Source: Narcine bancroftii
Taxonomy: Eukaryota
Length of the DNA stretch: 64,000 nt
Direction: 5' to 3'
Assembly: GCF_036971445.1 (NCBI RefSeq)
Contig: NC_091472.1
Coordinates: 304,854,001 to 304,918,000 of the forward strand
The translations under genes were made by a program, and so were the position numbers. Below are positions 14,549-28,500 of this stretch, in pieces; the first letter of the stretch is position 1; every line of letters starts with the position of its first letter. The notes below the pieces were generated by a model, which was given only the letters and a program-made list of their open reading frames with translations, made no database searches and was not told where the DNA came from.

Positions 14549-15354
14549 ACCTGCCCCATGTTAAAGGAGATATAGCCCTCTCACATTAAAGCTTTACCCT
14601 CTAGTAAATGACATTCTCAGTCTGAGTTAAATTCCACATGTCCCTTCCATTCTTCTCATGTTAATAAATTTTTATCAGGTAAAATAATATCAGCTTCCGA
14701 TATGCCAAAGAAAACAATTCAAATTTGTCCAACCTCTCCTTACCTCTAATACTCTCTAATCTAGGAAACATCCTGTTGCAACCAATCCCAAGCCTCCTTC
14801 ACCAACCTACCTGTGTTGAAAATTTCAGGGAGTTATGAACTTTCACGCCAAGATTCCTCTGTACAGTGCTGGTAAGGCTCAAGTTAGGCAAAAAACAAAA
14901 ATTCAGATGGGAAACATGGGGGTTTGGAAACACTAATTACGTTTCACAAGGGGATTGGAAATATACAAAACAGAATATTGAGCAGGCTCCATAAACGGAT
15001 GAGATTCTTCAAATAGCTCTTCCAAAGATTGCAGTTGTCAGGACCACAAGAAGGAAAAACAGCACTAAGGGGTAGTATCTTAACTTTAATAGAGGTAGAA
15101 AGAGATAGAGAAAAGTAGAAATAGAGAAAAGCTTTCACCCTCAGAATGGAGCAGGTCAAACTTTCTGCTAGAAAGACTAATTGAGGCAGAAATCTTAATG
15201 CCATTTTTTTTTTTTAAATTGTGACTGTGCTTTAAGCACTGAAATGTGCAAATCTATGGACAGAGATAGAAAGTGTGATTAGGCCATCAAGTTTTTTTTT
15301 GTGAAGCATGTACAGTATAGACCAGATTCCCACAATGGCACAGGTTGAAGTAGA

Positions 15355-17694
15355 GATGTCAAGAGTTGTCATCTTGATCCATGTCTATCACCAAGTATCA
15401 GTGGACCCAGAAGACATTCCAAGAACAGCAATAATTACCCCATTTGGGTTGTTCAAATTTTTATGAATGCCATTTGATTAAAGAATGTTGCTCAATCATT
15501 TCAACGGGTGATGGATGCTTTAGGACATGGTATGACCAATGTCTTCATTTACCTCGATGACATTTTAGAGGCCAATGTATTTGGAACATATTCGTACACT
15601 TTTTATTTGTCTTCAAGAATTTGAACTGACCATCAATCCAGATAAATGCATTTTTGGACAAGAAATTGATTTCTTGGGGAATAGGATTACTCAGGAAGGA
15701 GTGACTATTCTTGGGAATGGTAAATTTTTACTGCCGGTTTCTTCCACGAGCAGCTCATATTAAGAAGCCCCTTTTCAATTTACTGTCCAAAAAACACAGA
15801 ACCATCCATTAGACTGAAGAGAGAAACAATGCCTTCTTGAAGACTAAAGATTTGCTAGACTCATATGCCTAGCTACCCAGTTTGAAATGCACCCACTGCC
15901 CTTTCTACAGACACTTCCAGTATGGCTGTAGGAGGTGCACTTCATCAATATGTCAATGGGCAACAGAAACGGTTAGCATTCTTCAGCCACCACCTTCGTG
16001 AAGTAAAGAAAAAAAAATACAGTGCTTTTGATAAGGAGCTTTTGGCCATTTACTTGTTTATTCGACACTTCCATTATTTACTTGGAGGGCAGAGATTTTA
16101 CGACGTAAACTGACCACGAGCCCTTAATATTTGCGTTTTCCAAGGTCACAGAGCCCTGGTCAGCGTGACAATGGCAATTATCATTTATTTCAGATTTTTC
16201 CACCAAAATACTACATATTTCCAGAAAAGACAATGTAGTAGGTGATGCACTGTCCAGTTCTGCTCCACTCGAGGTTTTGTCTGTAGATCAAAGTATTGAT
16301 TACAAAGCTTTGGCCGCAGCCCAAGAACATGAGCATGAGACGAATGCTTATCAGACTGTAATCATAAACCTGCAGTTGGAGGATGTCCATTTTGGAATTC
16401 ATGGCAAAATACTCCTCCGTGATATATCAACAGGACACTCATGCCCAATAGTTCTTGCATCATGAGTATTTGACTCTGTGCATGGTCTCTCACATCCATT
16501 GATTAGATCAACCGTTCGTATGGTTTCCTACAGGTTTGCGTGGCACGGTCTCAAAAAAGACGTTACACAAATGGTGAGGTCCTGCATTGTGTGCCAGAAA
16601 GCAAATGTTCAGTGGGATACTAAAGCACGACTGTAATCTTTTCCAGAAGTTACTTGTCGTTTTGCTCACATCCATGTGGATACTGTTGGTCCGCTTCCTG
16701 TTTCAAGAGGATACTGTTATCTTTTTACAGTAATAGACAGGCTTACACGATGGCCTAAGGCCATCTGCCTATGGTAGATGCTATTGCAGATACGTGCTCA
16801 GTTCCTGGCCGTCTCATTTTGGTTTACCGGCGCACATTACTTCAGATAGAGGACCACAATTTACTTCCTCGCTGAGGACAGCCTTGTCTCACTTGCTCAG
16901 TTCAACAATTCATCATACGAATGCCCATCATCCCCAGGCTAATGGAATAGTGGAAAAATTTAATCAACATCTCAAGTCAGCCTTGATGGCTTGGTTAGAG
17001 GGCCCGCAATGGGCTGATGAATTACCTCAGGTATTACTGGGCATTAGAACAACTTCAAAGGAGAACCTCCAAGCTTTATCTGCTGAGCTCGTGTACTGCA
17101 CACCATTGGTGATCCCAGGGGAGTTCGTCCACTGCCATTCCAACTCCAAAGATGATCTTAAGAAATCGTTGAGCAGGTTAAGGGAGACTGTAGAAAAATT
17201 GACCCCTGTACCACCATCTTCGCATGGAGAACACTCTTCCTTTGTGCCTGAAGACCTCAAAAACTGCAAATAGGCCTTTAGCTGAAGGGGAACACTTGGT
17301 CAACCTTTGCAGATACCTTACAAAGGACCTTATACAATACTCAAACTAGGTTAATCTGTATTTTGGACATTGGAGGGAAGCCACAATCTTTCATCATTGA
17401 CAGGCTTAAACCAGCTCATGTAGACAAGTCTTCCTAGTCCATTGCAGAGGTCGACCACCTAAAAGAAAGACAAAACTTTCTGCCAGTTCTTGGGGGGGGT
17501 CCCGTGTAGCGGTGCCATGGCAGTACTAAAACTCCCTGAAGCATTGAACCGGCTATATGATGTCAGCGAGCATGATTCTGGTTTTTAAAAAGGTTGCGCA
17601 GGTGACAAAGAGCAAATCCATTTGATTCATTCTAAAAACATCTAGTGTGATTATTTCCTTGTGTCCACTGTGATTCCAGTGGCACAGGCTGTCA
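15355..17694 (+). mobile_element. 5'-truncated Gypsy LTR retrotransposon (RT-RNaseH-integrase, PPT, 3' LTR 17505-17694)
   Basis: TAIITPFG, YLDD, LAFFS, YSAFDKELLA, ITSDRGPQFTS, HPQANGIVE and GPY motifs. G-rich PPT then TGTAGC...TGTCA followed by ATAT. Confidence 0.88.
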
Positions 17695-18142
17695 ATATAT
17701 GTAATTTGTTTCTTTTGTTACACTTCGATAATCTATTTGACCGCCCTTCATGGTAGAAATAGAACTAAATTTTACTGTAAGTACTTATATGTTGACAGTT
17801 GTTGGGTCTTTTACATCCTCTTTATATAAACTAATAATCTGATAATTTGACATACTTTGAAAATATAGGCAAAATTTAGAATGTTTTTTTGGATTTCAGA
17901 GCTTTTCTCTTGCCAGCCCTTTTACATCTAATCATCTTTTTCAACCTTCTTTGCAAGATACCGTCTTTAAAACATTTAATGCTCAATCTGTGCCAGGCGT
18001 TAAAGACCTTTTTATTGGAAACAACTTCACTTCCTTTGAACAATTTGTGGTAAAATTCAACTTAACAAAAACTCATTTTTGTAGATATTTTGTTCAATCT
18101 CAGATCCCTGACTTTCGGCGAATCCCCCAGGCAAACATTCTT

Positions 18143-19464
18143 TTTTTTTTTTATTTTTCATACTATGAACCATACTAACCAAAATACACACAAATATTTC
18201 CCTCTTGAATATACACTGTCATTTTCTCCCCTTTTTCCCCCCTCCCTTCCCTCCCTCCTTCACCCTCCCTCCCCACCCACTCAACGTTCAACCTATATGA
18301 TACATTAAACCCATTAAACAATGTCATCACACAATGAAAATAAACAAGAAATTTGTGTCTTTTACTTTTACATACTGAGTCAGTTGATTTCGTCGTCTTC
18401 TCCTTCTGTCATTTTAGGCGGTGGAGGTCCGCGGTAGGACTTCTCTGTTGTGTTCCATGTACGGTTCCCAAATTTGTTCGAATACTGTGATGTTATTTCT
18501 TAAATTGTATGTTATTTTTACCAATGGAATACATTTATTCATTTCTATGTACCATTGCTGTATTCTCAGGCTCTCTTCTGATTTCCAGGTTGACATTGTA
18601 CATTTTTTGCTACAGCTAAGGCTATCATAATACATCTTTTTTGTGCTCCATCCAAATCGAGTCCAAGTTCTTTACTTCTTATATTACTTAGAAGAAAGAT
18701 CTCTGGATTTTTTGGTATGTTGCTTTTTGTGAATTTATTTAATACCGGGTTTAGATCTTCCCAAACCTTTTCCACTTTCTCACATGCCCAAATTGCATGT
18801 ACTGTTGTTCCCATTTCCTTCTTACAACAAAAACATCTATCTGATACTGTTGGGTCCCATTTATTTAACTTTTGGGGCATGGTGTATAGCCTGTGTAACC
18901 AATTATATTGTATCATGCATAACCTCATGTTTATTGTACTTCTTATAGTTCCGGAGCATAGCTTTTCCCATGTTTCATTATTTATCTTTATGTTTAGATC
19001 TTGTTCCCATTTTTGTTTAGTGGGATGAAAAGCTGGTGCAACATAGAAATTCACCAGTACTGCATCACCTGCTCAACATTTGGAAGAAGATTCATGCAGA
19101 AAGGAATAAAACAAATTATCAACTACCAAAATTAATATTGACGCAAAATCAACTAATCCATTTCACAATAGATAACCTTTCCTTTAGAGAATGGGAGAGA
19201 AAAGGGATCAAAAAAATAGAAAATTGTGTTTCAGGAAATAAATTATTATCTTTTGAACAAATGAAGGACAAATATGGTATAACTCACTGTACAATGTTTG
19301 CATACCACCAACTGCAAACCTACTTGAAGGACAAAATGGGAAGCAGACTGAGGTTACCAGAAGGAAGCAATTTTGAATATGTGATTACAGACACAATGAT
19401 AATTAAAAGATTTATAACAAACATGTACATCAAACTGCAAGAGAAAGAGAACAAGGAAAAAAAG
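18143..19464 (-). mobile_element. 5'-truncated, 5'-inverted L1 insertion
   Basis: Poly-T tail at the left and ORF2 C-terminus (C..C...H..C) on the minus strand to ~19025; the adjacent upstream ORF2 segment is on the plus strand. 14-bp TSD aggcaaacattctt at 18129-18142 and 19465-19478. Confidence 0.9.
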
Positions 19465-19892
19465 AGGCAAACATTCTTGATATACTCTTTGATTTACAAC
19501 TTTCTCATAAAGGCTGAATATCTCTTATTTATAATATTTTTTTGCTCGATTTAAGAATAGCCTCTTTAGTTAAAATCAAGAATTCTGATCTTCAAGAATG
19601 ATTGTGAACAGGATTTGAATCTTTTATTCTCGGAAGAGGTTTGAGACGATTTGTAATCCGATTAATACAGCCTCCTTTTGTGTATGACACATTTTGTTGC
19701 AATTTAAAGTGGTCTATAGAGTTAAATTGTCTTGTTTTTAATTCAGTTAAAATCCTCTAAGTGATAAATGTAAAATTGGGGATGCTTCTTTTGGTTAAAA
19801 TGTTCTGGACTTGCCCTAGTCTAGAAAAATTTTGTAAAGATACATTTCAAACATTTTCAGTGATTCTCAAGTTCAAATTCGAACTTTGCCCT

Positions 19893-22216
19893 GGGGGGGG
19901 GGCGTGGCAAGAGTCCAGACGTGTAATCTCGACCTCTCTGGCCAGACGTTTAAGAGCCCGCTTTTAACTCTTTGTTTTCAGGTTTAAATTTTTTTAAACT
20001 TAGTTTAAAGTATCAAGGAATTGTTATGGCATGGTAAAAAGATTAAACCTCAAGGACAGAAGAAACTACATTTTCGGAGTGTTGAAGATTTAGAGCATAA
20101 ACAGTATGCTACAATTTCAGGTTTGCTTTCTTTCAAGCCTAAACCACAGAGATTGCCTGTGGGAGCTGAAAAAATTACTACTACTCACTAGGAGAAGGAC
20201 ATTGCTGGAATTACCTGTTCTCAGAAGGAAGGTGCGTGTGCCCTCGACGTGGATCCTGATTCTGGCAGCCTGCCGACTTTAATGGAGGGGGCACACAAGA
20301 AGACGACTCCATTGCTTGAAATGCCCCAGGAAGTGCTCCAATCTGAATATCTTGATCTTTTCTGTGAGTTTTTGAAGCAACAACGGGTTGTGGGGGGAGA
20401 ACAGCGTCGGCCCCCTGAGGAAGTCCAGACCCGCAGTAAAACTGTTAAACTGCCTGTTGTTGAGATGCAGCAGGAGCTGCAGTTACCTGGTTCTGCCACT
20501 ACGCAAGAGAAAGCAGGGCTGAGCTTTTCTGAATTACTATATAAACAGCTAAGCCTTATCATTCAGCATAGGCTGAATGAAATATCTCAGAGGCTCAGTT
20601 TGGAACTGGATACAGTTAAAATACATGTGGAAGCATCTTGTGAGGATTTTAAACAATTTCAGGCTGATTTTTTGAAATGTCAACAACAAGTGGCTTCTAA
20701 TACAGAAAAAGTGTTGGAGGTGGAAAAATCCGTTACAGAATTGCGAGAACGTGAGAGGGAGTTAGAGAGGAAAGTAGATTATTTGGAGAATCAAAGTAGA
20801 AGGAATAATGTGAAGATTGTTGGTTTGCCAGAAGGTATGGAAGAACAAGATCCTCTTCGTTTTTTTACCGAATGGATTCCACAAATACTGGGGCACGAAT
20901 TTTTCTCTGGAGGTCTGGTATTGGAAAGAGCTCAGAGCCTTAAGAAGACCTTTGCCTGGTCAACCACCGAGACCCGTGATAATTCGATGTTTGAATTATT
21001 TGGACAGAGAAACGATACTTCGTTTAGCAGTGCAAAACGCGAGACAACGACAAGCTCCGTTAATGATTCAGAATAGTAGTTTTTTTTTAATCCTGATTTG
21101 AGTCGAGAGGTTATTCAGCGTCGGCGTCGATTTAATCCAGTTAAAGAAGTTTTGTGGCGTAAAGATTATGTCTACTTTTCGCTATCCGGCAGTGTTGAAG
21201 GTGTTTTGTGGAGACTTTCAATCTCGGTTTTTTGAGAATGAGCGTGAAGCAATGAGTTTTGCTGACTCGTTGCCAAATAAAGAGGTCAAAGACGTAGCCC
21301 ACCATTGTCTCCTAAAGAAAAATCTGGTTGTTCTGGAAATGGAAGAAATGGCAGAAATGGGAGAAATGGGAATGGAAAGAGACCGTTTCCTTGAAATGGG
21401 GTCACCGAGTCTGGAATTTCTTGTATGAATAGAAGAACTTTCTTATTTTTATTTTCTTTTTATGTCATTATGATATCTTGTTATTATTCTTTGTTTGGCT
21501 GGGGAGGGAGAAATTTGCTCTATGTTCTACTAGTCATCAGCCACTGGTGGGTGATCCACATCCAACTTTTGTTTAGGGATTACTACCTTTTAGTAGTTTT
21601 TTTTGGGGGGGGGTTTCTTTTTATCTTTTTTTAATTTTCATTTTATTTAGACTTTAATTAGTGGTTTCTTTTTCTCCTATTGGAGGGCCTATTTACATTG
21701 ATCTGAGTCTTTATATATTGATATTATTAGTTATTAGTAATATTAGTGGATATGTCAAAGTTGAAGTTTACTACTTTTAATGTTCGGGGTTTAAATAGCC
21801 CGATTAAGCGTAAGCATATTTTATCAAGTTCGATCTTTGGTAAAACATGTGTTCGATAGAGATATGATTTTACCTGAAATGATTAAATTTGAGACTTTTA
21901 GCATAATGAGATGAAATATTGTTTAATAATGGAAAAAAATTACATATGTTTCACAGATAACTATAGTTTTTTTATTAATAGGTGGTTGTTATATTCAGAA
22001 TATTTACATTTTGATTTATATTGACTAGATTTTAATATTTATGCTTTTCTTTTCTTTTTTTTCTTTTTTCTTTATGGCTCAGAGTTGGCTGAAAGAGGGG
22101 GGGTTTCTTTCCTTTTTTTTAATATAAATATAAAACATAACATTCATGCTTTGTTTATTGTTATATATATTACTTATTATCTGTATTTTGAACAAATAAA
22201 TAAAGTTTAAAAAAAA
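19893..22216 (+). mobile_element. L1 element with both ends and ORF1 but almost all of ORF2 missing
   Basis: G-rich 5' end and ORF1 (LENQSRRNNVKIVGLPEG; frameshifted). ORF2 start MSKLKFTTFNVRGLNSPIKRK at 21752 is followed within ~200 bp by the ORF2 C-terminal remnant (MEK.ITY), then AATAAA and an A tail. 12-bp TSD gaactttgccct at 19881-19892 and 22217-22228. Confidence 0.88.
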
Positions 22217-22689
22217 GAACTTTGCCCTTTAATTGCTCTATTTGGATCATTTCTAGATGAAGTTTTACTAACTCCAACTCAAAACCAAATTTTATCTTTT
22301 ACTTCATTGATAGATAAGCAATTTTGATTTAATGGACAGACAATACTCTACCTACACATACACAATGATTAATTGATATTATGCACACGTTTAGAAAAAA
22401 ATTAGATATGCTATTAAAGATTCAAATATTAACTTCCAAAAGACATGGGGGCCCATTTATGGATAAAGAATTAGGGCTGTTCTGAAGCTTTGGTGCTGTG
22501 CTGTCCTGTCCATCTCTAGGTTGTGGTTACTTGATTCCTATATGTCAGCTTAAACTTGCTTAATGGTAGGGGTTCTGAATTATAAGGTTTTTTTGTTTTC
22601 CTTTTCATTTTTTTAATTTACAATTCTATAAATGTACTGTTTAATTGTGCATAATGTAAACATCAAAACTATTTTTAAAAGAAAAACCA

Positions 22690-23310
22690 TTTATGTTTAC
22701 ATATTGAGAATTTGGGAAAGGCCAAATCCAAAAAAGTCTGGGAGTTTTTGTCAATGGAAGTTAACATGCAGATGTAGCAAGAGATGTGAAGGCAAATTCT
22801 GCATTGTCTTTTGTAGCAATAAGATTTCAGTTCAAAAGTACATTTCGTTTTTTGTGAGGCCATTCCTGGAGTATCATGTACAACTTTTCCCTTTTTCCAA
22901 AGCAAGATATGGTTGCTAAACAAGAGAGATGAAGATTCACCACATCAGTTCCTAAAATGGCAGGTCTGTCATACAAGAGACAGCTTCTATTCTCTAGTAG
23001 TGTTAAGAATGGGATAAGATGCGACCTCATTGAAATGTACAAAACTTGTCAGTTCAATAAGACAGGTTTACCTTTCTTGAGGAATCTCTCAAAGAAGGAA
23101 TAGAGCAATTGGGTCCAAGACTTAAAGAATGGCTCAATTTTTTCTTACTTCTGCAGAGTCTAAAGGTTCCATCATTAATTCAATTAAAAATAGATTGCTA
23201 TGTTTCTGGGTATTGATGAAATATGAAGTGCAGGAAGAAGACTTTGAGAAGATCAGCCATGATATCAGCCATGTTGAATGACACAACAGGCTTGAGGGGT
23301 TCCTTTCACT
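22690..23310 (+). mobile_element. Decayed CR1 LINE 3' fragment
   Basis: VRPFLEY and DLIEMYK-like CR1 C-terminal motifs with a CR1-type 3' UTR. Confidence 0.55.
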
Positions 23311-23713
23311 GGTGTTCTTCATATAGCACTTTAAAATGATAAAATGTTCAATTTTGCTTCTGCAAAACATTATTGATCAAAATTTGTCACCAAAGGAGAT
23401 ATTAGAGAAAATTAGATAAAAACATGACAGGCAGGAGTAGAACAAGCAGCTCCCTTTAACTAGCTCTACGAGTTAAATAGTATACTTGGTCCTTTATCTT
23501 ATCTCGCCTGTCCTCAGATCTTTTGATTTCCATTCATTTCAGTTATGAACAACATCCACTACCCTCAAGCAAAGAAATTTAAATATTTAAATTAGGACAC
23601 AAAATGTCCTAATTGGCCAATGCTTTACACTGAGACAGTAACCACTTCCCCAGCAAGCCCTCCCACTCTCCCCAAATTCTTGCCTTTCAGGTAGAGAATG
23701 TAAGTTCTCAACT

Positions 23714-24012
23714 AGGGTTTTTTAGACTGCAATGTCTGGAAAATAGCAGAAGAAATTAACATAATTACTCCCCATGTGGTCGTTCACACTGGGCCCCAAG
23801 TACCTGAGGGCCACAGTCCTGATGGTTGGGCGTCAACAAGTTTTTCCAGTATGATTTACATTGCAGGCTTCCTTGAAAATGTTGTAAGGGTCCTGCAGGA
23901 TAAAACGCAGGGCAGGAATTGACTCAAAATTCCTGCACATTCCTTTTTAGACTGTCCGTGTAACGGCAAAATTCCTTGAGGGTGCCATTACATGCCTGCA
24001 GTCTAAAACAAA
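23714..24012. mobile_element. Harbinger-like MITE
   Basis: Inverted termini ttttagactgca / tgcagtctaaaa. Confidence 0.5.
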
Positions 24013-25549
24013 ATATTAAGATCTACCCTGTCACTGCCCTCAAAACAGTATACATCTGAACTGGTCCATATACAAGTCCAGTGGGTTTAGGCTCACTCTA
24101 CTTAATTTCAACATGCAGGACAAAATCCTCACCCAAGAAATCAGTGAAAATGTACATTTCATGGTATTAATGGGAAATACAGGCTATCCCCAGGTTATGA
24201 ATACTCAACTTATGGAGACCCTTACATGAGCTCCCATAAAGTACCATGTGCACAGGTGTGTTCCCACAAACAACCATTTTCTTTCTCCCTCTATTTTTAG
24301 TGCTGTTCTCCTCAGCTTTGTGTTTTTTGACTTATTACAATACTGCTGAGGTACATTTACCATTAAGCAATTTTTGTGTATTTTCCGACTTGTGTTCAAA
24401 ACTAGTAAAACAGAATCCATTTGAAATCCATGTATGACCTACATTTCCCTCCTAAAGCACTCAGACCATACTTTTGTTGCTGTTTCAAAATCTTAATATC
24501 AAAATATTGTTTGAGCTTCATCACTTGTTCCAGTATGCTATCACCCAAACTTATAAATGTTGAATAAACTCTTGTGTGGCCACGCAGCACCTTAAAGAGG
24601 CAGTCATTCACAACAAAATCTGAAAGCAGAGTGGTCGACACAGAGCCATGAAGTAATTTGTAAATGATCATTTTTAAATCAAGACATTGCTTTACCCAAG
24701 AGATAAAGTAGGATGGGTGAACAGTATTGTGTGCAAATTAGGACAACGTCAGCATGGTTTTGTCTAAACTCAAGTTTACAAGGGGAAAAAAAACAAGGAA
24801 GACTAGCAAGTAAATGAGAATAGTAGGCAAGGCATGAACAAGAACTTCAGTGGCTAAGCTAAGAAGTATACTGATGTCCTTAGATTTGGTCACACTGGGA
24901 ATGAACATCAAACCACTGCCAGGAAGGGAAGAGTTTAATTACATTTCTTCCTGTGCCTGCAACATTGCTTCAGATATCCCCATAGGATTGATGGCCCTCG
25001 ACATGCTGTCCCCAAAAGGAAAATCTGAAAGGTACGAGTTATCACATGCATTATGGCCACTTATAACCTTCCTTTAATTCTTTGCAATCCCTCCTTCTCC
25101 AAACTGTCAGAATGCCAATGCTCAAGAATGAATGAGAATCACTGACTCAATCCATTTCCTTGTCAAATATCTGAAAATCTTTGACATCGCAATTCCAATT
25201 AGTTTTTGCTCTCAAAGTATTTTATTTGCAATGAAAGAGAATGACTACAGATTGAGTGTGATAATAAAATTAACAAAATCATATCACATGGGAGACAAAA
25301 AAGGAAGACGATTGGTCAATGCAGAGGGAACAAGGTCAAAGGAGCAAGTGGCAAGTTTAATGAACAAGCTAAAAAGCCGTGAAAGAAAATAACAGACACA
25401 AGGAGAAAATGGAAATTTGTGGATTGGGTAGACTTATGTATTGAGGGTGGGTTTGGGCAACTAATTTGCTTGTTAGTTTTACTTCAAGCTTACAACTTGA
25501 TCAAATGTCTATTTTCCAGCCTCCTGAAAAAAAAGTGAACAGTTTATAT

Positions 25550-28500
25550 TGTAGCAGCCGGTCACCGCGGAAAATGGGCCAACACTCCGGGTGGCGAGCA
25601 CATCCAAGAGCCAGAAGACCGCGCAGCGGCACTGCTCCCACAGCAGGCAAACCAGCTAAGGCAGCATGGGGGGGGGGGGGGGGGGGGGTGGTGTCTGTAT
25701 GTACCCCGACTGTTTAGACAGCATCTAAAGCCCAACGATGAGGATCCAGAAGCAATCCACTCAGTCACCTTGAAGCTGCCAACCTTCTGGACAAATCAGC
25801 CACATATATGGTTCAACCAGGCTAAAGCTCAGTTTTCAGATCTGGCAGATCACAGCAGAGTCCACTCAGTACTGCCACATCGAGAGTGCCTTGGACCATG
25901 ACACCACAAACTGAGTGGCCAATTTCATTCAGGGGCCTTCGTCAGAAGGCACCTACACTACTTTCAGAGACTTACTCATTGAGATCTTCGGGCTCTCACG
26001 TCGTGAAAAAGGGACACATCTGCTCCACTACGACGGGCTGGGGGACAGGCCATCCAATGACCCTGATGAATGATATGCTGCCCCTCAATGGAAAGAATGA
26101 ACCCTGCATAATGTTCATGCAGGCGTTTCTAGAGCAATTTCCTGAGGACGTTCAACTGCTCCTGGCGGACACCAACTTCAGTGACCGGCCCCCCCAGAAA
26201 GTCGCAGCATGAGCGGACATCCTATGGAAGCAGAAAAGAGAGTGCTCGGCATCCACAGGGCTTGTCGCTAAACCCAGACCAGCCCGCCAAAGGAACAGCA
26301 ACACCACAAGGGAGGTGAGTCCAATAACCAGTGGTGCTTCTATCACCACTGATGGGCTTCCAGAGCCCGCCAATGCCAACCACTGTGCACATTCCAGAAA
26401 AATACCGGGGCCAGCTATCACTGATGACCACGGTGACTGGCCAACAAGACAGCCTCCTGTATGTAAGAGACTGTCACTCTGGTCAGCGGTTCCTCATGGA
26501 CACAGGAGCAGAGGTCAGCGTCCTGCCCTCGTCGGAGCAGGAAACCAGAAACAGGCAAGTGCGCCCCACACTAAGGGGAACCAACAACAGCACGATCAGG
26601 ACCTATGGCACATGCAAAGTCCAACTGTAGTTGGGTGGCAGCCTCTTCTCGTGGGCGTTCACAATGGCACCCGTGGAACAGCTGCTCCTTTGGGCAAATT
26701 TCCTGTGCACCCAGCCTGCTGGTGGACCTGAAGGGTCAGAGACTGGTTCACGCAGACTTTCCCCTTCAAGGATGCCAGGCTCCCAGCTCCCCACCTGGAC
26801 TCTGCAGCAATCTACAGATGAGTACACTAAGATCCTGGCAGAGTTTCCAGCAGTGCTTAACCCCCAGTTCACTACAGAGATGCCCCAGCACGGAGTGCAG
26901 CATCACATCCTCACCCAAGGCCCACTATTCCACACACAAGCTAGACAACTTCCCCTCCAACTAGCAAAGGAAGAGTTCAAGAAGCTGGAGGAGCTTGGCA
27001 TAGTACAGCAGCCGAACAGTCCATGGACTTCTCCCCTGCACATGGTGCCCAAGGCCACTGGGGATTGGAGACCGTGCGGCGACTACCGCCGCCTTAACAA
27101 AGCCACAAGGCCATATCGTTACCCCGTGCCGCACATCCAAGACTTTGCAGCCAACCTGCACAAGGCGAAGATCTTCTCAAAAGTGGACCTTGTCCAGGGA
27201 TACCATCAGATCCCAATATGCCCTGTTGACATCTCCAAGAACGCCATCATCATCCCATTCGGCTTGTTTGAATTCTTGCGCATGCTGTTCAGGTTGAAGA
27301 ACGTTGCGCAAACTTTCCAGCGGCTGATGGATGCAGTGGGCCAAGATGTGGATGGCACCTTTGTCTACCTAGATGACATCCTTGTGGCGAGCAAAGACAG
27401 GAAAGAACACTTGGAGCACCTCCCCACCTGTCAGAGCAAGTTTGGACTGACAATCAACCTAGCCAAATACCAGTTTGAGTTGAAGACCATCGACTTCCTG
27501 GGCCATAGAATAACCAAGGAGGGGGCCACGCCACTAACCAGCAAGGTGGAGACCATCCAGAAGTTTCTTAGGCCAAGCACGACCAGGGGATTACAGGAAT
27601 TCATAGGGATGATCAACTTTTATCACAGGTTCATTCCCTCAGCTGCCAGAATCACGCGACCTTTGTTCACCCAGATGGCAGGCAAGGCAAAAGAGATAAC
27701 ATGGGACAAAGTGTCGGCAGAGGCCTTCGTGAAGGCTAAGAAAGCCATGGCGGACAATGCTCTTTTGGCACACCCCAGGGCAGATGCTCCAACAGGAACA
27801 GCGATTGGCGGTGTTCTGGAGTAGCAGATTGAAGAGAGTTGGCAACAGATGGCTTTCTTCAGCAAACATTTCCAGCCTCTGGAACTGAAGTACAGTGCTT
27901 TTGACAAGTTCCAGTACTTCCTCGAGGGCAGGACATTTACACCCTTTACCAACCACAAACCCTTGACTTTCGCCCTGGCCAAAATCTTGGAACCCTGGTC
28001 AGCTCACCAACAGTATCATCTGTAATACATCTCCGAGTATACCAGAGGTACAGCACGTCTTGGGCAAGGACAACATGTTGGTGGACGCACTATCCAGGCA
28101 AAACATCCACACGCTATTGAAGGGAGTGGATTTTGTGACACTAGCAAAGGTACAGCAAGAGTATGCGGAGATGGCCTAGTACAGGACAGCCATATCTGAA
28201 CTAAAAATCCAGGACATCCCAATCAGCACAGATAACACCACCATCCTGTGCGACATGGGCACCAGACAGGCCAGACCTATTGTCTCAGCAGCTTGGAGAC
28301 AACAGGTTTCCAATTCCATCCATGGGCTGGCTCACCCATCCATCAGGACCACAGTCTAACTGGTGGCCAGGAAATATGTGGCATGGTCTCCAGAAACAAG
28401 TCAGCGGGTGGGCGATGGTGTGCACACAGTGCCAAACAGCCATGGTACAGTGGCAAGACCCCACTATAGCACTTCAAGCCCAGGGGTTCCGCTACCTTTC

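Larger units (their letters stand above)
17695..22686 (+). mobile_element. Old L1 ORF2 3' part/3'UTR, split into three pieces (17695-18142, 19465-19892, 22217-22686) by two younger L1 insertions
   Basis: ORF2-like peptides (FTSFEQFVVKFNLTKTHF, MFWTCPSLEKF) resume across both TSD-bounded insertions; A-rich end near 22685. Confidence 0.7.

Noticed and set aside
26631-27824. 397-aa RT ORF as a possible domesticated gene
   Set aside because: It lies in a Gypsy provirus with stops and frameshifts on both sides and internal deletions; nothing suggests selective preservation.
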